A stretch of 60,617 bases of DNA, from NCBI GenBank assembly GCA_964358005.1, contig CAYHNH010000001.1:144775-205391 (forward strand), read 5' to 3'. Below the pieces are notes generated by a model, which saw only the letters and a program-made list of their open reading frames with translations, did no database searches and had not been told where the DNA came from. Within the stretch, counting starts at the first letter, position 1. Each line of letters opens with the position of its first letter. The DNA comes from an uncultured Candidatus Saccharibacteria bacterium (GTDB lineage Bacteria; Patescibacteriota; Minisyncoccia; Phycocordibacterales; PALSA-1337). Shown one piece after another: positions 9,203-18,800 of this stretch. Position numbers and translations under genes: made by a program.

Positions 9203-9745
9203 ATGCAGAAAAAAGAACTTGAAACGAGTGTGCTTTTAGCCGCAACGCCGGAGTTCATCGCCCGGAGGATACTCTTGATCAAAGGGCAGAAGGTGATGAT
9301 GGACAGTGATTTGGCTGAACTTTATCAGGTGCCGACGAAGGTCTTAAATCAGGCTGTTCGACGTAACATCGAAAGATTTCCGAGTGATTTTATGTTCAAG
9401 CTAAGCCTAATTGAGGCCGCCACCTTGAGGTCACAAATTGTGACCTCAAGTTCAAACTATGGCGGCCGCCGCTATCAACCACACGCCTTCACTGAGCTAG
9501 GCGTTGCCATGCTCTCATCAGTGCTAAACAGTGATCGCGCTGTACAAATGAATATCTTTATTATGCGTGCATTCGTTAAGTTGCGCGAGATGATTGCGAC
9601 AAATTCTGGTTTAGCCAAGAAAATTGAAGACCTAGAAAAAGGGCAGGTAGAGCATGGCAAGCACCTGATAGTCATATCGGCCGCTTTGAAAAAACTTATG
9701 GACGCAGGCAAGCCGCTAAAAAGTGCTATTGGCTTTGAAGTGTAA
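9203..9745 (+). CDS. ORF6N-domain DNA-binding protein
   Basis: GQKVMMDSDLAELYQV.TK.LNQAVRRNIERFPSDFMF, GGRRY.P.AFTE.GVAMLSSVLNS, C-terminal IGF. Confidence 0.92.
   Translation: MQKKELETSVLLAATPEFIARRILLIKGQKVMMDSDLAELYQVPTKVLNQAVRRNIERFPSDFMFKLSLIEAATLRSQIVTSSSNYGGRRYQPHAFTELGVAMLSSVLNSDRAVQMNIFIMRAFVKLREMIATNSGLAKKIEDLEKGQVEHGKHLIVISAALKKLMDAGKPLKSAIGFEV
9424..9450. repeat. Perfect 13-bp inverted repeat (27-bp palindrome) inside the ORF6N gene
   Basis: cttgaggtcacaa-a-ttgtgacctcaag. Confidence 0.9.
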
Positions 9746-9758
9746 TGCGGTGGTGATG

Positions 9759-9986
9759 CTAGGCCTTGACCTTGTCTATCGTCTCTTTAATATCTTCCCG
9801 TATATCATCCGCGGCGTCCGACACTCCTTCTTTGAGCTTCTTGGCGAACTTACCGATCTTCGCGCGTCTGCGCGCGCCGTCCTTGGTTGCGTATAGATAG
9901 TATGTAGTTGCCGCGCCTGCCGCGAGCCCCAGGAGCCCGAATCCAAATGCCTTGCTTGCGCTGTGCGATTGTCTATTGAATATCAT
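9759..9986 (-). CDS. YtxH-like small protein
   Basis: Gly/Ala-rich hydrophobic N-helix, YLY..KDGARRR, charged helical tail. Confidence 0.65.
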   Translation of the reverse strand: MIFNRQSHSASKAFGFGLLGLAAGAATTYYLYATKDGARRRAKIGKFAKKLKEGVSDAADDIREDIKETIDKVKA

Positions 9987-10192
9987 GTGAGTGGTTTAAA
10001 TATGTTACGGATAAAGTAATAAATGGAGTAAATTCTCTCGCCTGCCGCCCGTGCCCGCGCCAGCATTTCCTTGAATCGCGCCAGGATGGTTATCACATAG
10101 ATGAGGGCTATGACCATGAGCGCGCCGACTATGACGACCGCTACTGTGGTCACAAAAAAGAAGACATCTGCGTGGATAAGCGTTTCCATCAT
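9983..10192 (-). CDS. Small single-pass membrane protein (METLIHADVFFFVTT..)
   Basis: Long hydrophobic helix; overlaps the YtxH-like start; ECF-type promoter directly upstream. Confidence 0.7.
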   Translation of the reverse strand: MMETLIHADVFFFVTTVAVVIVGALMVIALIYVITILARFKEMLARARAAGERIYSIYYFIRNIFKPLT

Positions 10193-10197
10193 ATCCA

Positions 10198-10225
10198 ATG
10201 ACGGGGGAACAGGGCTGCGCTTACA
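10198..10225 (-). promoter_or_regulatory. ECF-type promoter
   Basis: TGTAAG-N16-CGTCAT, 5 nt before ATG. Confidence 0.65.
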
Positions 10226-10231
10226 GAAAAT

Positions 10232-10260
10232 AAAAAAGCCCGGCGCGGTTGCGTCGGGCT
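10232..10260 (-). terminator. Terminator of the 10281-10934 gene
   Basis: agcccgacgc-aacc-gcgccgggct plus T run on the minus strand. Confidence 0.75.
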
Positions 10261-10280
10261 GCACAGGAACGGAGGGCATA

Positions 10281-10934
10281 TCATTTGATGCCAAACCTCG
10301 CTCGTAGGATCACGAGACCGTCTTCGGAGAGCTTGGGCGCCAAGTGCTCATAAATCAGCCGGCCGTATTCCTCTTGTTGCTTGGGATCGAGCGGATTGAA
10401 CAATCCTGAGAAATCTCGTGATCGGAAGTTATTCAGATCATACAGCCTTTGTGCAACGAGCAGTTCGATATGTTCGTGCACACCACTACCCTTGTTGTCA
10501 TATCTCACGCTTCTGACGATCTTGATGCGTTCAGGGTCTCGCATATAGAAGAGTTCTGGGTTCTGAATCTTGACCACGATCCCGTGGCTGATCGTGCGAA
10601 CCTTTGGATTGTCAGTCAGGACTGTCACCGGTGGGGCATTTTCTACGCCGATTTCTCCAGTTGGCATATTTGAGTAGCTGGAGCTATTCCCGATGGTGAA
10701 CACTCCCCAAGGGTGCTGGACCAGTTCGCCCTTTTCCAAGGTAACGGGAACACTTGCTGGTCCTGCGAACTCGTAGAGGAATGGGGCTGTGACAAATGCA
10801 GCGATGGCAAGAATTTTTGTGTCCCGCTGGACTGTTAACCACTGGCGGCAGATATTGTGGTTTTTCTCCACCACTTTCACGAAAAGGGCGTAAACGATTG
10901 CGACGATCAATCCGAGTGCGAGATAATGAAACAT
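10281..10934 (-). CDS. Membrane-anchored hypothetical protein, possibly divergent SPFH/Band-7
   Basis: N-terminal TMs; VLTDNPKVRTISHGIVVKIQNPELFY and EHLAPKLSEDGLVI echo the SPFH core. Confidence 0.45.
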   Translation of the reverse strand: MFHYLALGLIVAIVYALFVKVVEKNHNICRQWLTVQRDTKILAIAAFVTAPFLYEFAGPASVPVTLEKGELVQHPWGVFTIGNSSSYSNMPTGEIGVENAPPVTVLTDNPKVRTISHGIVVKIQNPELFYMRDPERIKIVRSVRYDNKGSGVHEHIELLVAQRLYDLNNFRSRDFSGLFNPLDPKQQEEYGRLIYEHLAPKLSEDGLVILRARFGIK

Positions 10935-11112
10935 AGGGGGGATTCTCCAGTAGTTTGAATTTTTAGGTGCAGCTAGACTACTTTTACAACATATAGACAA
11001 GTTTGTAAAGCCTGATTGATTCTTTATTGATATTCCTGTATCTTACTCGTACTTAAAGCACTGCCTGCTTTTTTAATTTATAAGCAAAAATAAGGCAGAC
11101 TAATCATTATCC

Positions 11113-13257
11113 ATGAACCGCGACTACCCATTGGAACGAGTGCGTAACTTCGGAATCATCGCCCACATCGATGCCGGCAAGACCACCACTTCGGAGCGCA
11201 TCCTGTTCTATACAGGCATGACCCACAAGATCGGCGAGGTGCACGAAGGCGACACCGTGACTGACTGGATGGAACAGGAGAGGGAGCGCGGCATTACTAT
11301 CACCGCGGCCGCCATAACCTGCTTCTGGAATCCGACATACATGCCTGCGACCGACTTCTCTAAGAAGGTCCGTTTCAATGTCATCGATACTCCCGGTCAC
11401 ATCGACTTCACCGTCGAGGTGAAGCGTTCACTGCGCGTCTTGGACGGAGCAGTCGTGGTCTTCGACGGCGTCGCTGGTGTGGAGCCGCAGTCAGAGACTA
11501 ACTGGCGCTATGCCGACGATGGCAAGGTGCCTCGCCTCTGCTTCATCAACAAGATGGATCGCATGGGCGCATCGTTCGACAAGTCCTTCAAGTCCATATT
11601 GGAGCGTTTGAATAAGAATGCCATCAGGTTCCAGATGCCGATAGGCCTGGAGGGAGACCACAACGGCGTCGTAGACCTGCTAAAGATGAAGGCCTATGTC
11701 TTCGAGGGCGAGATGGGCAAAGATGTCATCGAGAAGGAGATACCGGCCGACCTCATGGAAGATGCCAAGAAATACCATGCCGAGCTCGTCGAGAAGATCG
11801 TTGAGCACGATGACGCCGCCATGCAACAGTACCTAGATGGCAAGGAACCTTCGATAGAGGAGCTCAAGAAGATCACTAGGAGGGCAGTCATAGACAACAA
11901 GATATTCCCGGTCTTTACCGGTTCTGCGCTCAAGAACATCGGCGTTCAGCTCGTTTTGGATGCTGTCGTCGACTACTTGCCGTCCCCTCTAGATGTTCCT
12001 CCGGTCAAAGGTCTCAACCCGAGCACTGGCGAAGAAGTCATCCGTCATGCTTCTGATACCGAGCCTTTTGCGGCGCTGGCTTTCAAGCTCCAGAATGATC
12101 CTTTCGTCGGTCAGCTGACATTCTTCCGCGTCTATTCGGGGACCATCGAATCAGGCACATATCTATACAACTCGACCACCGGCAAGAAAGAGCGTCTCGG
12201 CCGTATCGTCCGCCTCCAGGCTGACAAGCGCGAAGAGGTCAAGAAAGTCTACGCTGGTGAGATCGCCGCCGCCGTGGGTCTGAAAGACGCCCTGACTTCA
12301 CATACATTCTGTGATGAGAACAACCCGATCGTTCTCGAGAAGATCAAATTCATGGAGCCTGTCGTATCGCTCCGCATCGAACCGAAGACTAAGGCTGACC
12401 AGGAGAAGATGGGCATGGCGCTCCGTAAGCTCGGCAACGAAGATCCGACATTCCGCATATCATCGAACCAGGAGACTGGCGAGACCATCATTTCAGGTAT
12501 GGGAGAGCTTCACCTCGAGATCATGGTGGACCGCATGAAGCGCGAGTTCGCTGTGGAGGCCAATGTCGGTGAGCCTCAGGTAGCCTATCGCGAGACCATC
12601 ATGGGTACAGCTGAAGCTGAGAACAAATACATCAAACAGACCGGTGGTAAGGGTCAATACGGCCACGTCCGCCTGACGCTCAAACCTATGGAACCGCTGG
12701 TAGAAGGCGAAAAGATCCCAAAGAATACAAAGCGCTACGATGATTTCGAATTCGTGAACTCCATCAAGGGCGGCGTCATCCCGAACGAATTCATCCCGGC
12801 CGTCGAAAAAGGCGTACACGAAGCCATGGATCGCGGCATAGTCGCAGGCTACAAGATGGTCAACATCTCCTGCGAGCTCACCTTCGGTTCCTATCACGAT
12901 GTGGACTCGTCTGAGATAGCCTACAAGATCGCTGCATCCCAGGCCTTCCAGGACGCCTGTAAGCGTGCCAAGCCTGTCATCCTCGAACCTATCATGAAGC
13001 TTGAAGTGGTCTGCCCGGAGAAATATATGGGCGATGTCATCGGTTCTATATCATCCAAGCGCGGCCAAGTAGAAGGCTCGGAGCCAAAGGGCCAGGTCAT
13101 CTCTATTCACGGCAAGGTGCCTCTGTCAGAGATGTTCGGTTATACCACAGACCTGCGTTCCATGACGTCAGGGCAGGGCAGTGCCCAGATGGAATTCGAC
13201 CACTACGAGGTAGTTCCTCCGAATGTAGCCCTCGAAATCGCTGAGAAGAGGAAGTGA
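11113..13257 (+). CDS. fusA: Elongation factor G
   Basis: AHIDAGKTT, RGITI, DTPGH, NKMD, GMGELHL. Confidence 0.99.
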   Translation: MNRDYPLERVRNFGIIAHIDAGKTTTSERILFYTGMTHKIGEVHEGDTVTDWMEQERERGITITAAAITCFWNPTYMPATDFSKKVRFNVIDTPGHIDFTVEVKRSLRVLDGAVVVFDGVAGVEPQSETNWRYADDGKVPRLCFINKMDRMGASFDKSFKSILERLNKNAIRFQMPIGLEGDHNGVVDLLKMKAYVFEGEMGKDVIEKEIPADLMEDAKKYHAELVEKIVEHDDAAMQQYLDGKEPSIEELKKITRRAVIDNKIFPVFTGSALKNIGVQLVLDAVVDYLPSPLDVPPVKGLNPSTGEEVIRHASDTEPFAALAFKLQNDPFVGQLTFFRVYSGTIESGTYLYNSTTGKKERLGRIVRLQADKREEVKKVYAGEIAAAVGLKDALTSHTFCDENNPIVLEKIKFMEPVVSLRIEPKTKADQEKMGMALRKLGNEDPTFRISSNQETGETIISGMGELHLEIMVDRMKREFAVEANVGEPQVAYRETIMGTAEAENKYIKQTGGKGQYGHVRLTLKPMEPLVEGEKIPKNTKRYDDFEFVNSIKGGVIPNEFIPAVEKGVHEAMDRGIVAGYKMVNISCELTFGSYHDVDSSEIAYKIAASQAFQDACKRAKPVILEPIMKLEVVCPEKYMGDVIGSISSKRGQVEGSEPKGQVISIHGKVPLSEMFGYTTDLRSMTSGQGSAQMEFDHYEVVPPNVALEIAEKRK

Positions 13258-13272
13258 TGCTATAGTGCAGGC

Positions 13273-14373
13273 ATGAAGAACCCTTCAAGGCTTGCAACGC
13301 TTCTAGTAATAATACTCGCCGTCCTGGTCCTGGGTGGCGCGTATTTGTTTATGAGGGGAGGTTTGGAAAGCTCGACTGCTGTTTCTGAAGGGCCCTTAAA
13401 TCAGGGACCGCTTCTTGAGGTGGAAGATACTGTCATGTCTCCACCCTCGGTAGAAGAGCCTGAAAATTTAGTCATCCCAGGCTGGAACACCTATACCAGC
13501 AAAAAATACGATTTCACCTTCCAGTACCCGCCCAGTTGGACTTTGCGAGAGCAGGATCCGCAGACCATCCTGTTGGCTTCTAACAAGCTCTCACCGCGTG
13601 ACCGTCAAACAGTTTCTCTATCGTTTTTTGTGATAACTGACCCGAATTATTACACAGGCGGGGATATTCATTATGATATCGAAAGAAAAGGCTTCGTCGA
13701 TGACTCTAGAGGCCCTTCGTGTTTGAAGCCCGCATATACCCTCGGGACATTTGTGCCCGTGGAGATAAAACTACCGGTTTATCAATTATCTAGGAAAAGC
13801 ATCGTCAGCGCATCTGCAATGTCTGCGGCAATTTTGACTGACAAGGATTATTATCTGTCTATTGACGAACTTTCGGAACGGCCCATGGATGGAAATGTGT
13901 CTAAGCTATACCAGACGCTTTCATTCATAAATGGCGCCAAGGCGAGAGTGTCTGACTGCGAATCGTATCCGGGCGAGATAATGCCGCTTTATAGGGTAGC
14001 ATTGGATGAGCCGATAATTTTTACTTCTCCTGTTCGAGGGGAAGTCTGGGCGCTTGATGGGACAAGGCGCATAACATGGAAGGCAAAGGATGGCATTTCT
14101 GGGAATATGAGCATAGACCTGGTCAGCGCCGTTGACGGTTGGAGCTGTATATTGGGAGTGGCGCCGGCCAGGGCTGGGAGTTTCACTGTATCTTTAACGG
14201 AAAACCAAACATGCCCCAGTGCCCATAAGCTGGTCGTTGAACCAGGGGACTATTATTTTAGCGCCCTTTATCCCTATGAGGCACAAGATCCGTTCAACAC
14301 AGAAGTCAAAGGTGGCCTTTACAGTGACAACACCGGAACGATGATCCCCATCGAGCTCGTTAGCCCACGGTAG
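13273..14373 (+). CDS. Membrane-anchored secreted protein (PsbP-like N-domain; Kre9/GPI-anchored-like C-domain)
   Basis: TM; GWNTYTSKKYDFTFQYPPSW; FTSPVRGEVW..ITW. Confidence 0.55.
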   Translation: MKNPSRLATLLVIILAVLVLGGAYLFMRGGLESSTAVSEGPLNQGPLLEVEDTVMSPPSVEEPENLVIPGWNTYTSKKYDFTFQYPPSWTLREQDPQTILLASNKLSPRDRQTVSLSFFVITDPNYYTGGDIHYDIERKGFVDDSRGPSCLKPAYTLGTFVPVEIKLPVYQLSRKSIVSASAMSAAILTDKDYYLSIDELSERPMDGNVSKLYQTLSFINGAKARVSDCESYPGEIMPLYRVALDEPIIFTSPVRGEVWALDGTRRITWKAKDGISGNMSIDLVSAVDGWSCILGVAPARAGSFTVSLTENQTCPSAHKLVVEPGDYYFSALYPYEAQDPFNTEVKGGLYSDNTGTMIPIELVSPR

Positions 14374-14376
14374 GCT

Positions 14377-14470
14377 TGTGGATAACCTCTGCTTGGCATG
14401 GCCACAGAGTAGGCTATAATGATCCCACTACCCGAGCGGTTGGACATCTGTCCGACCGCTCGTTCTCTTT
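14377..14470 (+). promoter_or_regulatory. DnaA box, sigma70 promoter and leader terminator-like hairpin
   Basis: TGTGGATAA 14377-14385; TTGGCA-N16-TATAAT 14393-14420; hairpin 14433-14462 followed by ttctcttt. Confidence 0.55.
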
Positions 14471-14504
14471 GCTTGCATCGTTAACAATCGGCTAACCAAT
14501 AAAA

Positions 14505-15806
14505 ATGTTTAAAAACCACAGCATCCATATCATCGCAACTTATGCCTTGTTTCTTTTGGCTTCACCCTTGATTTGGACTTCTGACGCTAGTGCTCAGGCA
14601 AATTGCACCAGCTTCTTCTGCACAAGTTCCGCGGGCTTCGGTCAGGAGGTTCAGACGACTGGTCAGGAGGTTCAGACTGTTCAGACGAACAGTGCTCCGG
14701 TCAATAGCTTTTTTTATACTGGATCGCAGGCAGTGGCGCCCCAAGCTTCCGTGGTTGTCGTTCAAGCACCTGTTGTTACGGTCCAAGCTCCGGCGCCGAA
14801 CACCGTTTCCGTGTTGGTACTATGCAATACCTTTGATTCCGATCTTGGCTTGGGAAGCTCTGGTCCGAAAGTCATTGATCTTCAGACATATCTCCGCGCT
14901 ATCGGACTCCTTCCCGTCGTCCCTTCAGGTTTCTATGACTACAACACCGAACAGGCGGTCAGATCATTCCAGCTAAGGTCGGGTATCCCTGGGTCCGGAA
15001 CTCTTAATCCAGAAACGCGTAGTCTGCTCCAAGCTTCCTGCTGGGGCACTCCGCAGGGCACCCGGATTGGGATAACGCCCTCTGTGGTCGTCCCAACCTC
15101 CCAGGATGACCGCTATTACTTTTGTGGCGGCAGTGCACCTATAAGCGCTGGTGTAGAGAGGGGAGCACAGCTATACCGCGTTGGAGATCCGGCGAACCAG
15201 TGGACATTTACGACTGGTACACCCGGGTCTTGTCAGTGGACATGTGCAGCGGGATACGGGCTCTCAAATGACAGCTGTGCCGTTGTGGGCACTGCTAGGC
15301 CGTCTAGCATCTCTCACCAGTCATGCGGAGGCATGGAGCCCCAGTTGAATGGTTATACTACGAAAGGAGCGGGGTCATATACCACGGGCTATGGGACTGC
15401 GAACTGGACTTTCGTAGCTTCGAATCCGGCCGCCTGCCAATACTCCTGTATAAACGGTGGCACATATAATGGTTCTAGTTGCGCGGCTCCTGCCCCTGTC
15501 GCATCTCCGAGACCAGCAGAAAATGGAGTAACATGGGCTTCAGTTCCTTCGAATGTCCCTGCTGGGCGGCCGTTTAGCGTCACGGTGACAAATTCTGGCA
15601 CAAAGACCTGGGGAGCTAGCCACGATCTCGGCCTCTCCGCCTCCAACCAGGTGCTACAATTAAGGAACCTCGGCCCGACTCCGCCCGGCGGAACTAAGAC
15701 CGTGACATTCACGGCTCCCACGGGGATAGGCAACTACAAGTTGCAAGCGGTGGAGCAGGGTGTAGAGTGGTTCGGAAGCATTAAAATCATCAGTTTGACC
15801 AATTAA
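14505..15806 (+). CDS. Secreted surface protein: peptidoglycan-binding domain, two Cys-rich repeats, Ig-like C-domain
   Basis: Signal peptide; DLGLGSSGPKVIDLQTYL..TEQAVRSFQ; WTF..CQWTC/CQYSC repeats; FSVTVTNSGTKTW. Confidence 0.75.
   Translation: MFKNHSIHIIATYALFLLASPLIWTSDASAQANCTSFFCTSSAGFGQEVQTTGQEVQTVQTNSAPVNSFFYTGSQAVAPQASVVVVQAPVVTVQAPAPNTVSVLVLCNTFDSDLGLGSSGPKVIDLQTYLRAIGLLPVVPSGFYDYNTEQAVRSFQLRSGIPGSGTLNPETRSLLQASCWGTPQGTRIGITPSVVVPTSQDDRYYFCGGSAPISAGVERGAQLYRVGDPANQWTFTTGTPGSCQWTCAAGYGLSNDSCAVVGTARPSSISHQSCGGMEPQLNGYTTKGAGSYTTGYGTANWTFVASNPAACQYSCINGGTYNGSSCAAPAPVASPRPAENGVTWASVPSNVPAGRPFSVTVTNSGTKTWGASHDLGLSASNQVLQLRNLGPTPPGGTKTVTFTAPTGIGNYKLQAVEQGVEWFGSIKIISLTN
14640..14687 (+). 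repeat. Short in-frame tandem duplication (GQEVQTT/GQEVQTV/QT)
   Basis: ggtcaggaggttcagac occurs twice with a 21-nt period. Confidence 0.8.
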
Positions 15807-15824
15807 TATCTTATAAATAATAAA

Positions 15825-18800
15825 ATGAAAAATCACAGCATTTACGTTGTCGCTACCTACGCCTTGCTCATCCTGGCCTCTCCATTGATAGTGAGCTCGG
15901 TCGCTAACGCCCAGGCGGTCAACTGCCCGGCCGGCTATGTTTGTACGCTCATAAACTCGGCTAGCCCCAACTTCAATACTCCGCAGTCGCAAGGTTTTTT
16001 CAACGCCCCTGGTTCAAGCTCTACGGGTGCTCCGAACTATACTTATACCCAACCGCAGACCAACTCTTCAGTCCCGGCTGCGTCCGTGAGCCCCGTATCA
16101 CCCTGTTATTTCTACAGTAACAATCTCTCTCTAGGCAGCCGCGGTTCCGATGTCGTCGCCTTGCAGAATTTCCTCATATCCAAGGGATATCAGCTTTATG
16201 GGGCGACCGGCTATTTCGGTTCCCAGACGGCAGCCGCTCTGCAGTCATATCAGGCTACGAATGGCATCAATGAAGGAGGTTATTTTGGTCCGATCACACG
16301 AGCGAAGCTGAACAGCTCTTGCTCGGTTGAGATGCCCACGCCCCAATTTCCCTGGAGGATCACTCATAGCGCTGACTTAAATCAGGATTGGAAGATAGAT
16401 GCGAATGAGCTCAATACATTCCAGATCTTGTATGGGTATCGATCTGGTACGGTCCGTACAGGTGAGTATTCAGTTAGTCCTAACGTTGGACGAGACGGAA
16501 ATATCTATGTTGCCGGGCCCGGAACACAGACAGGCAGGACTCATTCTGGCGATTCTAATCGTGATTGGCGCATCTCTCTGAACGAACTCACTCGAGTGAT
16601 CGAACTCTCGAATGCCACTGGAGGTTACCGCATCCAGACTGGAACAGAAGACGGTTTTGCTCCGATCAGTACAGTCTCTAACGTCTCGTTGTCGGTCGTC
16701 CCAATTGGCACTCCTACCATAACAAGAGCCAATGTCAGCGCAGGTTGGTCGTCCTATGAGACTTTCCAGTATACCGCTCAGTTCAATGCACAGATGACGG
16801 CGGTGGGAGCTGATGCGTTCGTCGGTCTTCCGGGGGCAAATTTCCCGGCTGTTTCGTCAGGATCATTCAGTATCTACAAGAATGGCGCGATTGACTATTC
16901 TAATTACAACGCCACAGTCTCATATTCCCAGCCGTCAGACACTGCAACAGAGCCTAATTATTCTTCCACCTTCGTCATCAGACAGAATCAGACCGTGACT
17001 GTCCCTATAACGATTTCCTTTACTGTAAATTCTCCCGGCGCGAATACATTCGGAGTCCGACTGAACCAGATCAATTGGTCCAATTCGGGAGGGAAGGCTG
17101 GAACTGACTTGTCTGGTTCCGGATGGTCTACACCTTATGTTGGAGGACCTCAGGTAGGCGCCCCATATATAACCTCGGTCACCGCGAGCCAAGCATCCAC
17201 AGGAGTCGTCACATTGAATGTCGTCGGCAGCCGATTGAATGGGGGAACCTTAAATAGAGATGAAGTGGTCTATATCGATGGACAGACCGCATACGTTGGA
17301 ATAATCAGCCAGTCAACCGATGGGACTTCTCTCTCGTTCAGCCTATCGTCTCTCTCTGCGGGCAGCCACACTCTTAAGATAGTGAACTCTTCTGGTCCTA
17401 ACGTTGGGACAAGCAATGTCGTTTCGTTTAGTCTGTTTGCCAATTCTGCTGCTTCTCTGGATATCACACAGTATAAAGATGGTGTTTCCACATCAGCCCA
17501 GGCTGGCTCGAACGTCTATGTTCTCGGAGTGAAGCTCACAGCCGGTGCGCAAGGGTTCAATACTTCTGGTTTCCAAGTCTCGGCTGACAACTCATCCATC
17601 CTGTCCAATGTCCGCCTCATCGATGGTAATAGCGTCTACTATCCTAGGGGCCAACAGGGGATCAATACGTACGACTTCTATTTCTCTGGTTCTATTCCAG
17701 CCTACGGTAACAAGGTTTATCTCATGAAGGCTGATATACCGGCGACTGCCTCGGGCCGCACTAGATTCACATTGAACGGCCTCTATCATAGCTATGGTAG
17801 TTCAGGCACAGTCGGCGGATCATTCTTTGGGATAGCCTCTCCCGACTTCACTGTCTCAGGTCCAAACGTAGGCTCTTCAGCTGATATCAAAGCAAATGGA
17901 TCAGATAGTCCTGTAGCTATAGCTAACGGTTCGAATGCTCAAGTTTCCTGGACATCGGTCAACACTACATACTGTACGGCTGCCGGCTCTACGGTGAGCT
18001 TGGTAGGCGGCGGCACGTGGGGTAATAACGGCCGTCTTGGAACGAGCGGTAGCGTCTACGTGACGACACCCGCGAGTGGCTCTTCGGTCTATTTTGACAT
18101 CCAATGCTACAAGTCAGATGGCACGTCTGTGACGGACAGGGTCTACCTACCTCTCGCAGGGACCTCGGTGGCACAGCCTACGGTCACTGTCCTTAGCCCG
18201 AACGGACATGAGACATATCGAGTGGGCGATACGATCACTTTACGCTGGAGCACTGCAAATGTTCCGGCCAATACTTCCGTAATGTTCCAGCTATCCTACT
18301 TCTTGTCGGGTGGTACGAGCAGGATGGAAGACGGTATGATGACATCCTATCCATCAGCGACAGCGGGCACGGTCCAGTGGACGATCCCGGCAAGATACGG
18401 ATCTGGCTATGAGCCTGGGGGATTCAGAGTGCGAGCCGTGTTAACAGGTCCTAACATTCCGTCTAGCAACCCTCCCCAAGACTACAGCGATCAGTCGTTT
18501 ATGATCTCTAGTTCTGTCCCGACGACTTCCTGCACTGATTCTGACGGCGGACAGAACCCCAATGTCGCCGGCCTCACCGACGGCCGTGTTAACGGCATCG
18601 GATCATATTTCAACGACTCCTCAGTCGGGTCTAACGGCGGAGCATGTTCCGGCGATTCTTGCACAGGCGTCGCCGAGGGATATTGTTCGAATGGGGCAGT
18701 CACGAATATCGTGATGCAATGCTCATCTGGCTATTCCGTGAATGGGGCTTGTGCTACCAGGACGAATTACCCGCCTGAAGTCACCCAGTTCCATTCTGCA

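Noticed and set aside
9203-9745. ORF6N as evidence of a prophage
   Set aside because: Solitary gene; neighbours are not phage-like
14377-14385. Replication origin
   Set aside because: Single perfect DnaA box; no cluster, unwinding element or dnaA/dnaN nearby
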